Shown here: positions 39,352 to 49,791 of the stretch, piece after piece | How positions within the stretch are numbered: position 1 is the first letter of the stretch | How the letters are laid out: every line of letters starts with the position of its first letter | Translations under genes and position numbers: made by a program | NCBI GenBank assembly: GCA_963710755.1 | Contig: CAVQBK010000002.1 | Coordinates: 32,001-96,000, forward strand | Reading direction: 5' to 3' | DNA length: 64,000 bases | Source: an uncultured bacterium | Lineage (GTDB): Bacteria; Oederibacteriota; JAAXVQ01; JAUVAV01 | The notes under the pieces: model-generated | What the model saw: the letters and a program-made list of their open reading frames with translations, nothing else | What the model was told of the DNA's origin: nothing | Databases searched by the model: none

Positions 39352-40935
39352 TTAATGCTGCTGATGCATCATAGCTGCGATCCTGAGGCGCCGGTGCTCA
39401 AAGCGGCGCCACATGAGAATGCCGGCCAGAATCACCAACAAGGGCAGGCCGATCCAATTAAAATATTTGATTAATTGCCGCTGGGCATCGGGAATATCAC
39501 CGATGGCTGCGGAAGACAATCCCTTGCTGCGGATCTCAATCAGGGCCGAATCCTGGGCCACCCAGTCAATAATATTTTGGGTCACCTGTACCAATTGGGA
39601 TCCGCTGCGACGGGGATCAATAAAATCATTGCCCATAAAATCAGAGCCGCCCACCACCAGCAGCCGCGAAGACTTGGCCTGATCGGAGGCAGCCGTATCT
39701 TTGGAAAAGGCACTGGGAAAAGTACCGGTCAAGGCCACCATCAAATCGACTTGTTTGTAATCTCCGGGATTTTTAGGGGGTTGAATGAACTGAGGAGAAA
39801 GCATGAAAAACTGGCTTTGTAGCCAGGCATATTTGGAGCTGCGGGCAATTACATCCGCCTGCAATTGATTGTTCTTGATCACCTCGTCATTAAGCTCAAG
39901 GGCGCTCACAAAAGGTAACGTGAACGATTCAATCCCTTTGACAATCAATTGATTCTGATCCAGGTTGGTCACCAGGGGAAAGGCGGGGTAAGGAATAATA
40001 TTTTGCATAACAAACCCCGGCCCCTGCTGGGCTACCGTAATTTTCTGACATTGCCGGTCATAAACCAGGTTGGGTTCTACTTTCACGCCCCAGCTGGACA
40101 CTAATGGCGCCAGGCCGGAGTTGACCAGTTTACCCTGCAAGGTAGTCTTGACGTCAGCATCCACCATTTTGACCAACATGGCCAGGCTTTTTCCTGATCT
40201 TAAAAACCGATCCAATTCCTTTTGTTTGGCCTCGGGGATCATGGTGGTGGGCCCGGCCACCACCAAGGCATCCAGCTGTTGTGGAATGGACTCTCGGCTC
40301 AAGTCCACAGGCATCACTTCATAATTTTTTGAGAGCAGCTGGTTAAGGTTGCTCAAATCCCCATCCAGAGCCGGTTCCCCGTAGCCTTGGGTAATGCCGA
40401 TGACTTTCATTTTGGTTTGAATCAATTTTTTAATGGTACTCGACAGTTTATATTCCAGACCGTTCGTGTCCTGGATCAGGGGGATGACCTCCTTGCGGTC
40501 CCGGTAAATGAAGGCCACGCCCATGTAACCATTCTTCTGCTCAAATTTGTCCTTGGCAATCTGGGTTAGCTGCACACCGTAAACGCCCAGGCTGCGGGCT
40601 TCCTTTTCATAGGACGGGTCGTCAGCCGGATCAATGAACTGGTAATTAAACTTGCCGTGCGAATAGGTCCGGTATTCGTCGAGCAGATCGCGCAAATAGC
40701 GTTCATTGGCATTATAGGGTGCAGGCAAATTCTTAGTAAAGAAGGCCTTAACGGTCATAGGATCTTTCAGTTCACCCATGTACGTTTTGGAAATTTTGGA
40801 AAGCGAGTAGGAATGATTTTTAGTCAGATCGAGGCGGAAAAAGGTCCGCATGGAAATGATATTGATTAAAATCACAATACCCACCATAATTAGAAAACTG
40901 GTTAATTCCTGGCGTGCCCGTTCCTGAAATGTCAT
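39352..40935 (-). CDS. GldG-family ABC transporter auxiliary component
   Basis: RLDLTKNHSYSLS, YQFIDP, LEYKLSSTI, NIIDW...LIEIRSK, C-terminal TM. Confidence 0.9.
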   Translation of the reverse strand: MTFQERARQELTSFLIMVGIVILINIISMRTFFRLDLTKNHSYSLSKISKTYMGELKDPMTVKAFFTKNLPAPYNANERYLRDLLDEYRTYSHGKFNYQFIDPADDPSYEKEARSLGVYGVQLTQIAKDKFEQKNGYMGVAFIYRDRKEVIPLIQDTNGLEYKLSSTIKKLIQTKMKVIGITQGYGEPALDGDLSNLNQLLSKNYEVMPVDLSRESIPQQLDALVVAGPTTMIPEAKQKELDRFLRSGKSLAMLVKMVDADVKTTLQGKLVNSGLAPLVSSWGVKVEPNLVYDRQCQKITVAQQGPGFVMQNIIPYPAFPLVTNLDQNQLIVKGIESFTLPFVSALELNDEVIKNNQLQADVIARSSKYAWLQSQFFMLSPQFIQPPKNPGDYKQVDLMVALTGTFPSAFSKDTAASDQAKSSRLLVVGGSDFMGNDFIDPRRSGSQLVQVTQNIIDWVAQDSALIEIRSKGLSSAAIGDIPDAQRQLIKYFNWIGLPLLVILAGILMWRRFEHRRLRIAAMMHQQH

Positions 40936-40936
40936 C

Positions 40937-41710
40937 TTATTTCCTCCTTGCAAGAATCAAGCGTGTCCCGGCCAGGGTCACGACCAGAATGGACAAGAAA
41001 TAAATCACATCTTTGCTGTCAATAACCCCGCGGGAGAAGTTCTGAAAATGATAATCACTGCCCAGGTATTGGAATAATCCCACCAGAGGCGCGGGGATAA
41101 ACAACAGGATTTTGTCCATCAGAAAAAGAAGAAAACAGGCCGCGAAGCCCAGGATAAAAGCTACAATTTGATTCTTGGTAAGCGAGGAGCTGAGCAACCC
41201 TATGGCCAGATAAGCCCCGCCCAATAAGAGCAGGCCAAAATAACCTGCCCAGACCGCACCCCAATCGAGCGGTCCCAGCGTGGCAATGGTGATGGGGTAG
41301 CTCAAAGTAACGGCCAGGGTAATCGCCAGAAAGGCCAGAGCCGCCAGAAATTTGCCCATCAGCATCTGGGTAATACTCACGGGCAGAGTCATGAGCATTT
41401 CAAAAGAACCACTATTAAGTTCTTCCGAAAGCAGGCGCATGGTAATGGCCGGCGCCAGAAACATCAGCAGCAGCGGGGCCATACTGAAATAGGCCCTTAA
41501 TTCCAATTGGCCGTAAAGGAAAAAGCGGGAGAAGAAAAACCATCCCGAGAAAATCAGATAGATCACCATCACCACGTAGGCAATGGGAGAATAAAAATAG
41601 GAATAGAGTTCTTTTTTAATCAATCCCAGGACCGGCGGCCAAAAGGTTTTCCAGGCAGCGCCGGGCTGGCCCGTGGTCGCCGCAGTAGGACTTGCCGTAG
41701 TTTCACTCAT
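40937..41710 (-). CDS. GldF-like ABC-2 permease
   Basis: KELYSYFYSPIAY, PAITMRLLSEE, GKFLA, SSLTKNQIVA, RGVID. Confidence 0.92.
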   Translation of the reverse strand: MSETTASPTAATTGQPGAAWKTFWPPVLGLIKKELYSYFYSPIAYVVMVIYLIFSGWFFFSRFFLYGQLELRAYFSMAPLLLMFLAPAITMRLLSEELNSGSFEMLMTLPVSITQMLMGKFLAALAFLAITLAVTLSYPITIATLGPLDWGAVWAGYFGLLLLGGAYLAIGLLSSSLTKNQIVAFILGFAACFLLFLMDKILLFIPAPLVGLFQYLGSDYHFQNFSRGVIDSKDVIYFLSILVVTLAGTRLILARRK

Positions 41711-41882
41711 TACATATCCTCCTTAACTACATTTAAAATGGGACCTTAAAAATGGAAGTTATCCTGTCTTCGGACTAGCAGTGGGACAGTTTTTAACCCG
41801 GGTGCATCCAAATCACCGTGCAACTGCCGCAACGGGTCAAGAAGCGATTACCTTATATCTTATGATCCGACGCTTGGCTTGC

Positions 41883-42809
41883 TTAATTGGCCGTCAAACG
41901 ACGGAATATAGTCTCCAGACTGTGCACCTCTCTGGTCATTTCGTATAGTATCCAGCCCTCTTGGCAAGCCAGGCGAAACACTTCTGGGCGCATGTCTTCT
42001 TCAGTCTCAGTATTGAGCACATAACCTTTGACCTCATGGTCTTCATCCTTGCCTGACTTAACTTCCCTGATACCGTCGAGGTTGGCCAGCTTGGCCGCCA
42101 CATCCTTGCCTTTTATTTTCAAATGAATGACCGCCTCGTCGACTGCGGTCTTTTGCAATTCATTGGGACGGCCGTCAGCCACTTTTTTGCCTTGATGAAT
42201 AATAACCACCCGGTCACAGGTAGCCTCCACTTCCGACAAAATGTGGGAGGATAATATCACGGTTTTTTCTTTGCCTATTTTTTTAATCAGATCGCGGATT
42301 TCAATGATTTGGTTGGGATCCAGTCCTGCGGTGGGCTCGTCCAGAATAAGATATTCCGGATCGTGGATCATGGCTTGGGCCAGGCCAACACGCTGGCGGT
42401 TGCCTTTGGATAGTTCCCCCACTTTTTTATGAATAACTTCCCCCAACCCACAGATGGCCACCATGTCTTTAACCCGGGCAGGTTGCGCGGTTGCAGGGAT
42501 CCCCCGCATATCGGCAATATAATGCAAGTAATCAAAGACCAGCATATCTTGATATAAAGGGTTGTATTCCGGAAGATAGCCTATTTTTTCCCGTATGGTC
42601 AGGGCCTGTTCATCGGCATTAAATTCACCCACATTGATCACGCCCTGATCGGCTCGAAGATAGCCGGCAATCAGACGCAGGGTTGTGGTCTTGCCCGCAC
42701 CATTGGGCCCCAGCAAGCCCAGAATTTCACCGGGCTTCACCTCAAAGGTGATATCATCCACAGCCTTGACCGTGCCAAAATGCTTTGAAATAGACTCTAC
42801 CGTAATCAC
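41883..42809 (-). CDS. GldA-like ABC transporter ATP-binding protein
   Basis: GPNGAGKTT, LSKGNRQRVGLAQA, LDEPT, SSH; probable GTG start after GGAGG. Confidence 0.94.
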   Translation of the reverse strand: MITVESISKHFGTVKAVDDITFEVKPGEILGLLGPNGAGKTTTLRLIAGYLRADQGVINVGEFNADEQALTIREKIGYLPEYNPLYQDMLVFDYLHYIADMRGIPATAQPARVKDMVAICGLGEVIHKKVGELSKGNRQRVGLAQAMIHDPEYLILDEPTAGLDPNQIIEIRDLIKKIGKEKTVILSSHILSEVEATCDRVVIIHQGKKVADGRPNELQKTAVDEAVIHLKIKGKDVAAKLANLDGIREVKSGKDEDHEVKGYVLNTETEEDMRPEVFRLACQEGWILYEMTREVHSLETIFRRLTAN

Positions 42810-42852
42810 GTGTATGACCTCCATTTCTTGTGATGCCCTGCAAAGAAGTGCA

Positions 42853-42882
42853 ATTCTACAAAAGGCCTTGACTGATTGTCAA
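42853..42882 (-). promoter_or_regulatory. putative sigma70 promoter of the ABC operon
   Basis: TTGACA-18 bp-TAGAAT. Confidence 0.65.
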
Positions 42883-42896
42883 GACGCCGCCCCGAG

Positions 42897-43634
42897 TCAC
42901 CTCACCAAAACCATTCGTTTTTCATCGGCCCGCCGGGCGGTACGCAAACCCGGCAAAGCATAATGAATCATTTCCCGAAAGCCGGCGGTATGCAAGGCGC
43001 TTTTTATCTCAGGCCAGGTAAAAACTTTTTGGACATGATATTCAGGACGATGTCGCACCCAGATGGATCCTTTTTGCTGAAACCCTTCGATAATGATCTC
43101 AGTGCATTGCCGTTTATCATTCCAATGATGGTGCCAGACGGAGAGGTAATGATCTCCTTCAAAAACCGCAGTGCCTCCCCCGAAATATTTTTTAATATGC
43201 CGGCCTGTAAAATAATCGAAGCAAAACCGCCCCCCGGGCTTTAGGGCTCCACGAACATGCTGAAAAAACCGGATCAACTCGCGGGGGGTATTTAAATAAT
43301 GTAAAATTCCAAAGGTGGCTATCACCAGCTCCACCGGCTCGGGCAGACGGAAATCAAGCATATCCGCTTGCAGAACCCGAGCCTGGGGGCATTTTTTCTT
43401 GGCCTGACGAAGCATGGCCTTCGATTGGTCCACCAAATAGAGTCGGTCCAGGTGGGAGGCCAGTTTTTTTGCAATGGTGCCGGTGCCGCAGCCAATGTCC
43501 GCCAAAGAGCGAAACCGAAGTTCATGCTTTTTTCGGAGTTGACCAAAGGCCGCCATCCATTGTTTGGCAAAGTATTCATCCATGACCCCGTCATAGACGA
43601 GGGCAAAATCCTGATATAAAGGTTTGGGATTCAC
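42897..43634 (-). CDS. class I SAM-dependent methyltransferase
   Basis: YQDFALVYD, DIGCGTG, LKPGGRFCFD. Confidence 0.9.
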   Translation of the reverse strand: MNPKPLYQDFALVYDGVMDEYFAKQWMAAFGQLRKKHELRFRSLADIGCGTGTIAKKLASHLDRLYLVDQSKAMLRQAKKKCPQARVLQADMLDFRLPEPVELVIATFGILHYLNTPRELIRFFQHVRGALKPGGRFCFDYFTGRHIKKYFGGGTAVFEGDHYLSVWHHHWNDKRQCTEIIIEGFQQKGSIWVRHRPEYHVQKVFTWPEIKSALHTAGFREMIHYALPGLRTARRADEKRMVLVR

Positions 43635-43676
43635 GACAGATTTGACCTTTTATGGACCCAAAAAAAAGCGCAGGGT

Positions 43677-44396
43677 TCACGATTTTTTATTTTTTTTAGC
43701 GGCAACCGGCTTGGGTTTAATAAGCTCCTCCGGCCTAAGGCTTCCTTTAGCCAAAGCCTGCGCTTGCTGCTCATTTTGAATCAATCCCACAGTGGCAATG
43801 ATTTTCAAACCACTCTCCGCTGATATGGGCAGCACATGCAGGTCCTTTTCCGGAATCAACAAGAGAAATCCCGAGGTGGGATTGGGCGTGGTAGGTAAAA
43901 AGACATTTACCAGTTTCTGTTTGGCAATTTTCTGGGCCGAGAGCAAAGACGGCGAAGTGATAAACCCAATGGCCCACAAGCCCTTACGCGGATATTCAAA
44001 AAGCACCACGGTTTTAAAGGCATTGGCCCCGGTCACGGAAAAGCTGGTGACCACCTGCCGGATGGCGGTGTAGATGCTGTTGACTAAAGGCACACGCTTG
44101 ATCAAGCGGTCTCCAAAATGCAGCACCTGCCGGCCCAAATAATTGGAACCAAACAAGCCCACCAGAAAAATCAGCACCACCGTGGCCACAATGCCAAAAC
44201 CGGGAATATGCTGCAAATCTATGGGCAAACGTACCCCGAAGGCACGTAAAATTTTCCCGCCCGCCGGGGAAAGCCACCCGTCAAAAAGATTAAATAAAAA
44301 AATCAGGATAATGATGGTAACGGCAATGGGAATTAAGATCAGCAAGCCGGTAATGAAAATTTTACGAAGGGTTGTTTTATTCTCTTTATTGTCCAC
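43677..44396 (-). CDS. DUF502 membrane protein
   Basis: FITGLLILIP, EYPRKG, VFLPTTPNPTSGF. Confidence 0.93.
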   Translation of the reverse strand: MDNKENKTTLRKIFITGLLILIPIAVTIIILIFLFNLFDGWLSPAGGKILRAFGVRLPIDLQHIPGFGIVATVVLIFLVGLFGSNYLGRQVLHFGDRLIKRVPLVNSIYTAIRQVVTSFSVTGANAFKTVVLFEYPRKGLWAIGFITSPSLLSAQKIAKQKLVNVFLPTTPNPTSGFLLLIPEKDLHVLPISAESGLKIIATVGLIQNEQQAQALAKGSLRPEELIKPKPVAAKKNKKS

Positions 44397-44443
44397 TTAG
44401 GTCACCTCGTCTGGCCAAGTATGCCTCAAGCCCGCAGCCGGCG

Positions 44444-45145
44444 TCAAGCACTATTGCTTTTCATGCGGCTAAGCAGGGCTTGAATCTCCGTCTGATGGGA
44501 AAAATCCTTTAGCGCCAAGGTGGGCTGATAAGCGTGCAATTCTTCCACAGTATAAGGCCCTGTGGCCACTGCCACGGTTTGGGCGCCTATGACCTGGCCG
44601 GCATGAATATCATGAGGCGTATCCCCCACCACCAACACCGTCTGGGGCGCAATCGTACGGCCCAGCAGGACCTCGGCTTTTTTAACCGCCGCCTGCAACA
44701 CCGCTGGTCGCAAACTCGCGTCCGACCCATACCCTCCAAAGGAAAAGTATTGGTCCAGCCCCACCCGGCTCAATTTGATTTTCGCGCCTGATTCCAAGTT
44801 GCCGGTGCCCAATCCCAGCAGAACTTGGGTATCCTTACTCTTTTCCTCCAAAAAGGGCCGTATGCCCGGCAGCACTTCGATGTTATGCGCAGCATCGACT
44901 TCCTGCTGCAGATAGTCAAGATAGGTGCCAAAGACTCTGCTCTTCTCCTCGGACGCCATGGCCTGGCCGCGATAGGATTGGGAGAGGGCATCAGCAATAG
45001 CGGGATCGGTCATACCTGCCGGCGATACCCGGGCCAGCAGGCCATCCCAACCCATGGTCTCGCGAAAAGCACGTTCCATCGCACGCATACCTGCGCCGTG
45101 GGTACGGATTAAGGTGGCATCGATGTCGAACAAGATAGTGATCAT
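44444..45145 (-). CDS. HAD family hydrolase
   Basis: LFDIDATL, TGN, K, VGDTPHD. Confidence 0.9.
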   Translation of the reverse strand: MITILFDIDATLIRTHGAGMRAMERAFRETMGWDGLLARVSPAGMTDPAIADALSQSYRGQAMASEEKSRVFGTYLDYLQQEVDAAHNIEVLPGIRPFLEEKSKDTQVLLGLGTGNLESGAKIKLSRVGLDQYFSFGGYGSDASLRPAVLQAAVKKAEVLLGRTIAPQTVLVVGDTPHDIHAGQVIGAQTVAVATGPYTVEELHAYQPTLALKDFSHQTEIQALLSRMKSNSA

Positions 45146-45278
45146 GTTGAGGTTTCTCTACTTCCCGGTCCTAACGGCTACATCTTCCGTCAGATCCAGA
45201 ACTGTGCAGTGCTATATTGACCAGTGCTTCTCACCTGGTGTACACTTGGGCCACGTCGCATGAAAGGGAATCATTCTT

Positions 45279-46538
45279 ATGACACTGCGTTGTTCACTCG
45301 TCCCAAAAGTTATAACGTTGTTGGGGATTCTTATTCTAGCCGGTTGTAGCCGGCCGGTCAATAAAACCCAGCTGCATTTCTTTTTCCGCGGTGACTTGGC
45401 GGAGATTGATGCTGTGACGGAAACGGTTTATAAATTCGAAAGCCAGCATCCTCAGGTGGATGTCATCATGGATGTCAACAGCAACTACCTGCCTACGTTG
45501 ATGCATCGTCTGGAAAGCCAGCAGCCTGCGGATGTGGCCTTCGTGGAAGTTCGCGAATTGGCGTCATTGGCACGGAACAAAAGGCTACTGCCGCTGGATG
45601 CTTATGTTCGTCAGGATAAAGCCTTAACTTTGGAGGACGATTATCCTCAAGCCCTCGAAGCCTTTAAATACCAAGGTGCACTCTATGCCCTGCCCCGTGA
45701 CATTGCGCCTCATGCCTATCTGTTTTACAACCGGGATTTATTGGAAGCTGCCGGCATTGCGGTGCCTGGTAACCAATGGACCTGGCCCGGCCAAATGCAA
45801 ACCGTTTTAGATCAGGTTAAGGCCGACATCAAGAATCGTAACTTGACCTCCTATGTATTTGCCGATGATTTCCCCTGCTGGGAGGCTCTGGCTCTGGGCA
45901 GCGGGTTGAGTTATGATGAACTGGTAGCCCCTCATTTGCTGAATCACGACAAGCAGGAGGTGTACAAAAAAACGCTGGCTTTTTTTCATCAATTACATTC
46001 ACGCTATGCGCAGATACCGCCGGCCCTCTCCAAGCCTGATGTATTCATGGAAGGCAAGCTGGCTTTCTTCTTCACCGGCTATTGGTACACCCCGTATTTC
46101 AGAATCAACAATACTTTCAAATGGGATATCGTACTCTTTCCGGCTGGCCCGGCAGGACCAAGACGTTTTCCCAGCGGCAGCGGCGGCTATGGCATCCTTC
46201 ACAACAGCGCCCATCCCGATCTGGCCTGGCAATTGGTCTGTTTTCTGGCAGGCAAAGAAGGCCAGCTGGAGCTGGCCCAAACCGGCGTCATACAACCGGT
46301 GGATCGCTCTTTATACCGCGCTCCCGTTTTGTTAAAACCCCAACCGCCTTTTAACCGGGAGGCCCTGGCCTTTGCTGCTGGTCATTTTTCGCTTCAACCG
46401 CAGGACCCCGCCTGGAATAAAATACGCATGGACATTATCGAGCCGGAAATCATCAAGTTGCGTGACCACCCGGAAGCTGATCCAGAAGCCAGCTTCAACC
46501 GGCTGGTGCAAATAACAGCCCACCAGCCTCGGCATTAA
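45279..46538 (+). CDS. orphan sugar-type ABC substrate-binding lipoprotein
   Basis: ILAG-C lipobox, YALPRD, LFYNRDL, WTW, FMEGKLA, WDIV; no permease adjacent. Confidence 0.85.
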   Translation: MTLRCSLVPKVITLLGILILAGCSRPVNKTQLHFFFRGDLAEIDAVTETVYKFESQHPQVDVIMDVNSNYLPTLMHRLESQQPADVAFVEVRELASLARNKRLLPLDAYVRQDKALTLEDDYPQALEAFKYQGALYALPRDIAPHAYLFYNRDLLEAAGIAVPGNQWTWPGQMQTVLDQVKADIKNRNLTSYVFADDFPCWEALALGSGLSYDELVAPHLLNHDKQEVYKKTLAFFHQLHSRYAQIPPALSKPDVFMEGKLAFFFTGYWYTPYFRINNTFKWDIVLFPAGPAGPRRFPSGSGGYGILHNSAHPDLAWQLVCFLAGKEGQLELAQTGVIQPVDRSLYRAPVLLKPQPPFNREALAFAAGHFSLQPQDPAWNKIRMDIIEPEIIKLRDHPEADPEASFNRLVQITAHQPRH

Positions 46539-46549
46539 TTTTCCCATGT

Positions 46550-47932
46550 TTAGGAATCTTTGAATTTGTATTGAACCAACAACTGACTGAAGTATTCCCG
46601 CTTTATACCCAGGGCTTTGGCGGTTTGACTTTTATTGCCCTGGTGACGCTCCAGATGATAGTGGAAGTAGTGATGGAGCCTGCGTCGGGCTTCATCATCG
46701 AGTTTATTTTTAAAGGCCTTATAAGGCAAGTTGAGCCATGTTTCCGGATCTGCTGCCACTACCGCGGAACTAAGGGGTAATTTGCCTTGCAGGTCAGCTT
46801 CATGCAACGTCTGTCCAATGCTGTGGGCCACTCCAATCTCAATACATTGTTCCAATTCCCTGACATTGCCGGGCCAGTCAGCCCGAACCAAGTTCTCCAT
46901 CAACTCTGGAGCCACCCGGTTTAGCTGTTTGTCATATTTTTGATTATATTTGACCATCAGATCCCTGACCAAGAGAGGAATATCTTCCTGCCTTTCCCTT
47001 AGCGGTGGCAGGGTAATCACTTGTTTTTTCAACCGCTGCCATAAATCAAAGCGAAATTGTTTCTGCGCCACCATGTCCTCCAAATCCCGAAAGGTGGCTG
47101 CCAAAATAATGAAGTCCGGTTTAATGTCCTTGCTACTGCCCAAACGTTTAAAAGGCATGCGATCCAACAAAAGCAATAACAGGGCTTGTTGCTTTTCAGA
47201 CAAATCTCCAATTTCATTAAAGAAAAGCAGGCCGCCGCTGGCCTGCTCCGCCAACCCCGGTTTATCGTCAAACGCACCTGTATAAGCGCCGCGCACATGC
47301 CCAAAAAGGCGTTCCTCGAACAGTTCGTTGCGGGTGCAGTCAAAAACCACAAAAGGTCCCTTTTGGCGCCGCGATTTTTTATGATAATAACGGGCCGCCA
47401 GATCCTTGCCTACTCCCGATTCTCCCAGCAGGAGCAGATCCACACCGCTGCGGGCCGCCTGCAGGAGCTGTTTAACCGAGGTCATGATAATCTTGGACTT
47501 GCCCTGGAAACTTTCCTCCCAGTTAATGAGCTGGTCCTGTGACTCCTCTCTCTGGCGCTGTTCCAGCAGACGCTGGGCTTTTTTAACCAGCTCGGCCGAT
47601 TTAAAGGGTTTGACCTCATAATCATTGGCCCCTTCTTCAAGCACTTTCTCCATGAGACCAGTATCGCCGGTGCCGCTGATGACAATGACCGGCAACTCCT
47701 GGCGGCTGCGCTGTTGCCGTATGGCCTGGAGCACGGACAACCCGCTGGTATCTTTTCCGTCACCGGCCAAATCGAGGTCCAGAAAAACAATATCAGGATC
47801 AAAGACCGCCATCAGGTCCAAGGCTTTGTCGGCCTGGCTGGCACTGGTCACCTCAAACTCATAGAGACTGAAATATTCACTGATGGATTCGCTCAGGCTA
47901 TGGTCGTCATCAACCACCAGAAGACGGTGCAT
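46550..47932 (-). CDS. sigma54-dependent response regulator (REC-AAA+-HTH)
   Basis: VVDDD, FLDLD, GESGVGKD, FGHVRGAYTGA, WPGNVREL, GNKSQTAKALGI. Confidence 0.92.
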   Translation of the reverse strand: MHRLLVVDDDHSLSESISEYFSLYEFEVTSASQADKALDLMAVFDPDIVFLDLDLAGDGKDTSGLSVLQAIRQQRSRQELPVIVISGTGDTGLMEKVLEEGANDYEVKPFKSAELVKKAQRLLEQRQREESQDQLINWEESFQGKSKIIMTSVKQLLQAARSGVDLLLLGESGVGKDLAARYYHKKSRRQKGPFVVFDCTRNELFEERLFGHVRGAYTGAFDDKPGLAEQASGGLLFFNEIGDLSEKQQALLLLLLDRMPFKRLGSSKDIKPDFIILAATFRDLEDMVAQKQFRFDLWQRLKKQVITLPPLRERQEDIPLLVRDLMVKYNQKYDKQLNRVAPELMENLVRADWPGNVRELEQCIEIGVAHSIGQTLHEADLQGKLPLSSAVVAADPETWLNLPYKAFKNKLDDEARRRLHHYFHYHLERHQGNKSQTAKALGIKREYFSQLLVQYKFKDS

Positions 47933-48938
47933 GGTGATCCTCCTTATAAAATTTAGCCAGGGGACAACTCAACTCAAAAACAGCTCCCCTGCCGGCAGGA
48001 CTATCCAACAATTTAACCTCCCCGCCCATCAAGAGCATGCACTGACGCGCATTGCCCAGGCCCAATCCTGTGCCCCGGATATGCGGCTGGAGCCGGACAT
48101 AAGCCACGAAGATTCTTTCTTTCATGGCCGCCGGAATGCCGGGCCCTTGATCTTCAATTTCCAGGAAAGCCTTGTCCCCGCGGCAGGCACAGCGAATGGT
48201 AACCACACTGTCTGACGCCGTGAATTTGACGGCATTATGCAACAAGTTCATCAGGGCTTGATCCAACAACTGGCGGTCCGCTTGAATCCACAAAGACCCG
48301 TCGTGGGCCGGCAAGGCCAAATGCAGGTTTTTTTCCGTGACCATATCATCTTGATTGTCAATCGCATCCTGCAACGCCGGCCATAGGTCAACTGGCTTCA
48401 GATGCACCTGATGATGCTTGTTGGCGAGCGCCTCGTTTTGATTTAAATTGCCGACCAGATGATTGATAGATTGGAGGTTGAGCGATATTAACTGGAGATC
48501 ACGCCTGGTTTTTTCATCAGGATGGGCCAGCCCTGGGCGCAGACGGAGTAAGTCCAAACGGGTGTGGATAACCGACAGATAGTGCCGGGCATTGTGGGTA
48601 ATGGCGGAAATCATCTCCGACTTGGCATGTTCTTCCCGTTCCAAACGCAGATGGGCCCTGACCACCAGGATATACAACCCTAAAAACAGGATGGTAAACA
48701 GATTAAGGGCCCCATAAGCATAAATCATGAATTGTTTGCGTTGTTCGAAATCATCGTGGCGTAAAATATATTTAAGCCCGTGGTTCTTGGTGAACAGGCC
48801 GATCTTTTCGTTGAGTTTATGGCGGTTGATTTCCACCATTTTCAAATTGTACAAGGTATAGGCCTGAGCCACCAGTACGGCCATTAAAATGACCACACCC
48901 CAAATAACTCTTTGATATTTCCTGAAAAACAATCGCAT
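47910..48938 (-). CDS. membrane sensor histidine kinase
   Basis: Two TM with a short loop, ITHNARH H-box, NLLHNAVKFT, DQGPGI, GTGLGL. Confidence 0.9.
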   Translation of the reverse strand: MRLFFRKYQRVIWGVVILMAVLVAQAYTLYNLKMVEINRHKLNEKIGLFTKNHGLKYILRHDDFEQRKQFMIYAYGALNLFTILFLGLYILVVRAHLRLEREEHAKSEMISAITHNARHYLSVIHTRLDLLRLRPGLAHPDEKTRRDLQLISLNLQSINHLVGNLNQNEALANKHHQVHLKPVDLWPALQDAIDNQDDMVTEKNLHLALPAHDGSLWIQADRQLLDQALMNLLHNAVKFTASDSVVTIRCACRGDKAFLEIEDQGPGIPAAMKERIFVAYVRLQPHIRGTGLGLGNARQCMLLMGGEVKLLDSPAGRGAVFELSCPLAKFYKEDHHAPSSGG

Positions 48939-49038
48939 GCCTTGGCCGGCTCCTTGTCCCCCGAACACTGCTTTTAGAGTATATAATGACTATGGTTAAA
49001 AAACCACCGCATTATTCCTCTTTTTAGGCAGGGGGCAG

Positions 49039-49659
49039 CTATACGCGACCGGCCAATTTCGGCCACTCCTGGCCAATGGCCGTATGGAGCCACTTCAAGC
49101 CGTTTAAATTTTGAGCCAATTTTTTTTTGCCCCGCAACATGCGCACACCCAGGGTATGCATGGGGACATTAAGCTCACGCGATGTGGCTTTGTAGGACTG
49201 TTCGTCAAAATAGATCGATGTTAATCCCCGCCGGTAGATCGGATCCAGGGCGTCCACGGCCCGGCGAACATGCAAACGCACATAATGGTTTACATACCTG
49301 AATTCCGGGTTATTGCTTTTTTCCCGGGAAAGGGTTTCCTGAAGCACATTAGCATAATCATTAAAAAACACACAAGCGCGGGAGCGGGTGCCCATCAAGG
49401 ATTTACACTCATTCACGGTGATGCGAAACAGCCAGGAACCCAAACGCGCATCCCCACGAAAGCCCTCAATTTTACGTTCCACAAAAACTTTATAAATCAC
49501 ATCCTGGGCAACATCCTTGGCATCATCGCTATTCTGGAGAACTCTTGTCGCCAAATTTGCAATTTTATCATAATAATGACTAATTAATTTTTCTCCGGCG
49601 TTGCGGTTCCCTGCCACAAACAACCGTATTAGGTGTTTCTCTTGCTCTACTTGCAACAT
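49039..49659 (-). CDS. ECF RNA polymerase sigma factor
   Basis: DAKDVAQD, FRGDARLGSWLFRITVN, region 4 SYKATSRELNVPMHTLGVRMLRG. Confidence 0.9.
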   Translation of the reverse strand: MLQVEQEKHLIRLFVAGNRNAGEKLISHYYDKIANLATRVLQNSDDAKDVAQDVIYKVFVERKIEGFRGDARLGSWLFRITVNECKSLMGTRSRACVFFNDYANVLQETLSREKSNNPEFRYVNHYVRLHVRRAVDALDPIYRRGLTSIYFDEQSYKATSRELNVPMHTLGVRMLRGKKKLAQNLNGLKWLHTAIGQEWPKLAGRV

Positions 49660-49701
49660 GGCCTTGCCCCCCTTTAAATGGTCTACAACCATAAGAAATA
49701 A

Positions 49702-49718
49702 AGCAAAGACAGTGCCAA
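49702..49718 (-). promoter_or_regulatory. sigma54 (-24/-12) promoter upstream of the ECF sigma gene
   Basis: Minus strand TTGGCACTGTCTTTGCT matches TGGCAC-N5-TTGCW, 42 bp from ATG 49659, with an AT-rich tract upstream. Confidence 0.8.
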
Positions 49719-49791
49719 TTAAAATAAGTTTAAATATATTGAAAAAATAAGCTTATTTTAAAATATTCATCTCTTTTGTGTTTATGGACCT

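Noticed and set aside
38358-42809. Gliding motility system
   Set aside because: GldAFG-like ABC operons with DUF4340 are widespread outside Bacteroidota, and no T9SS/gldK-N genes are present here.
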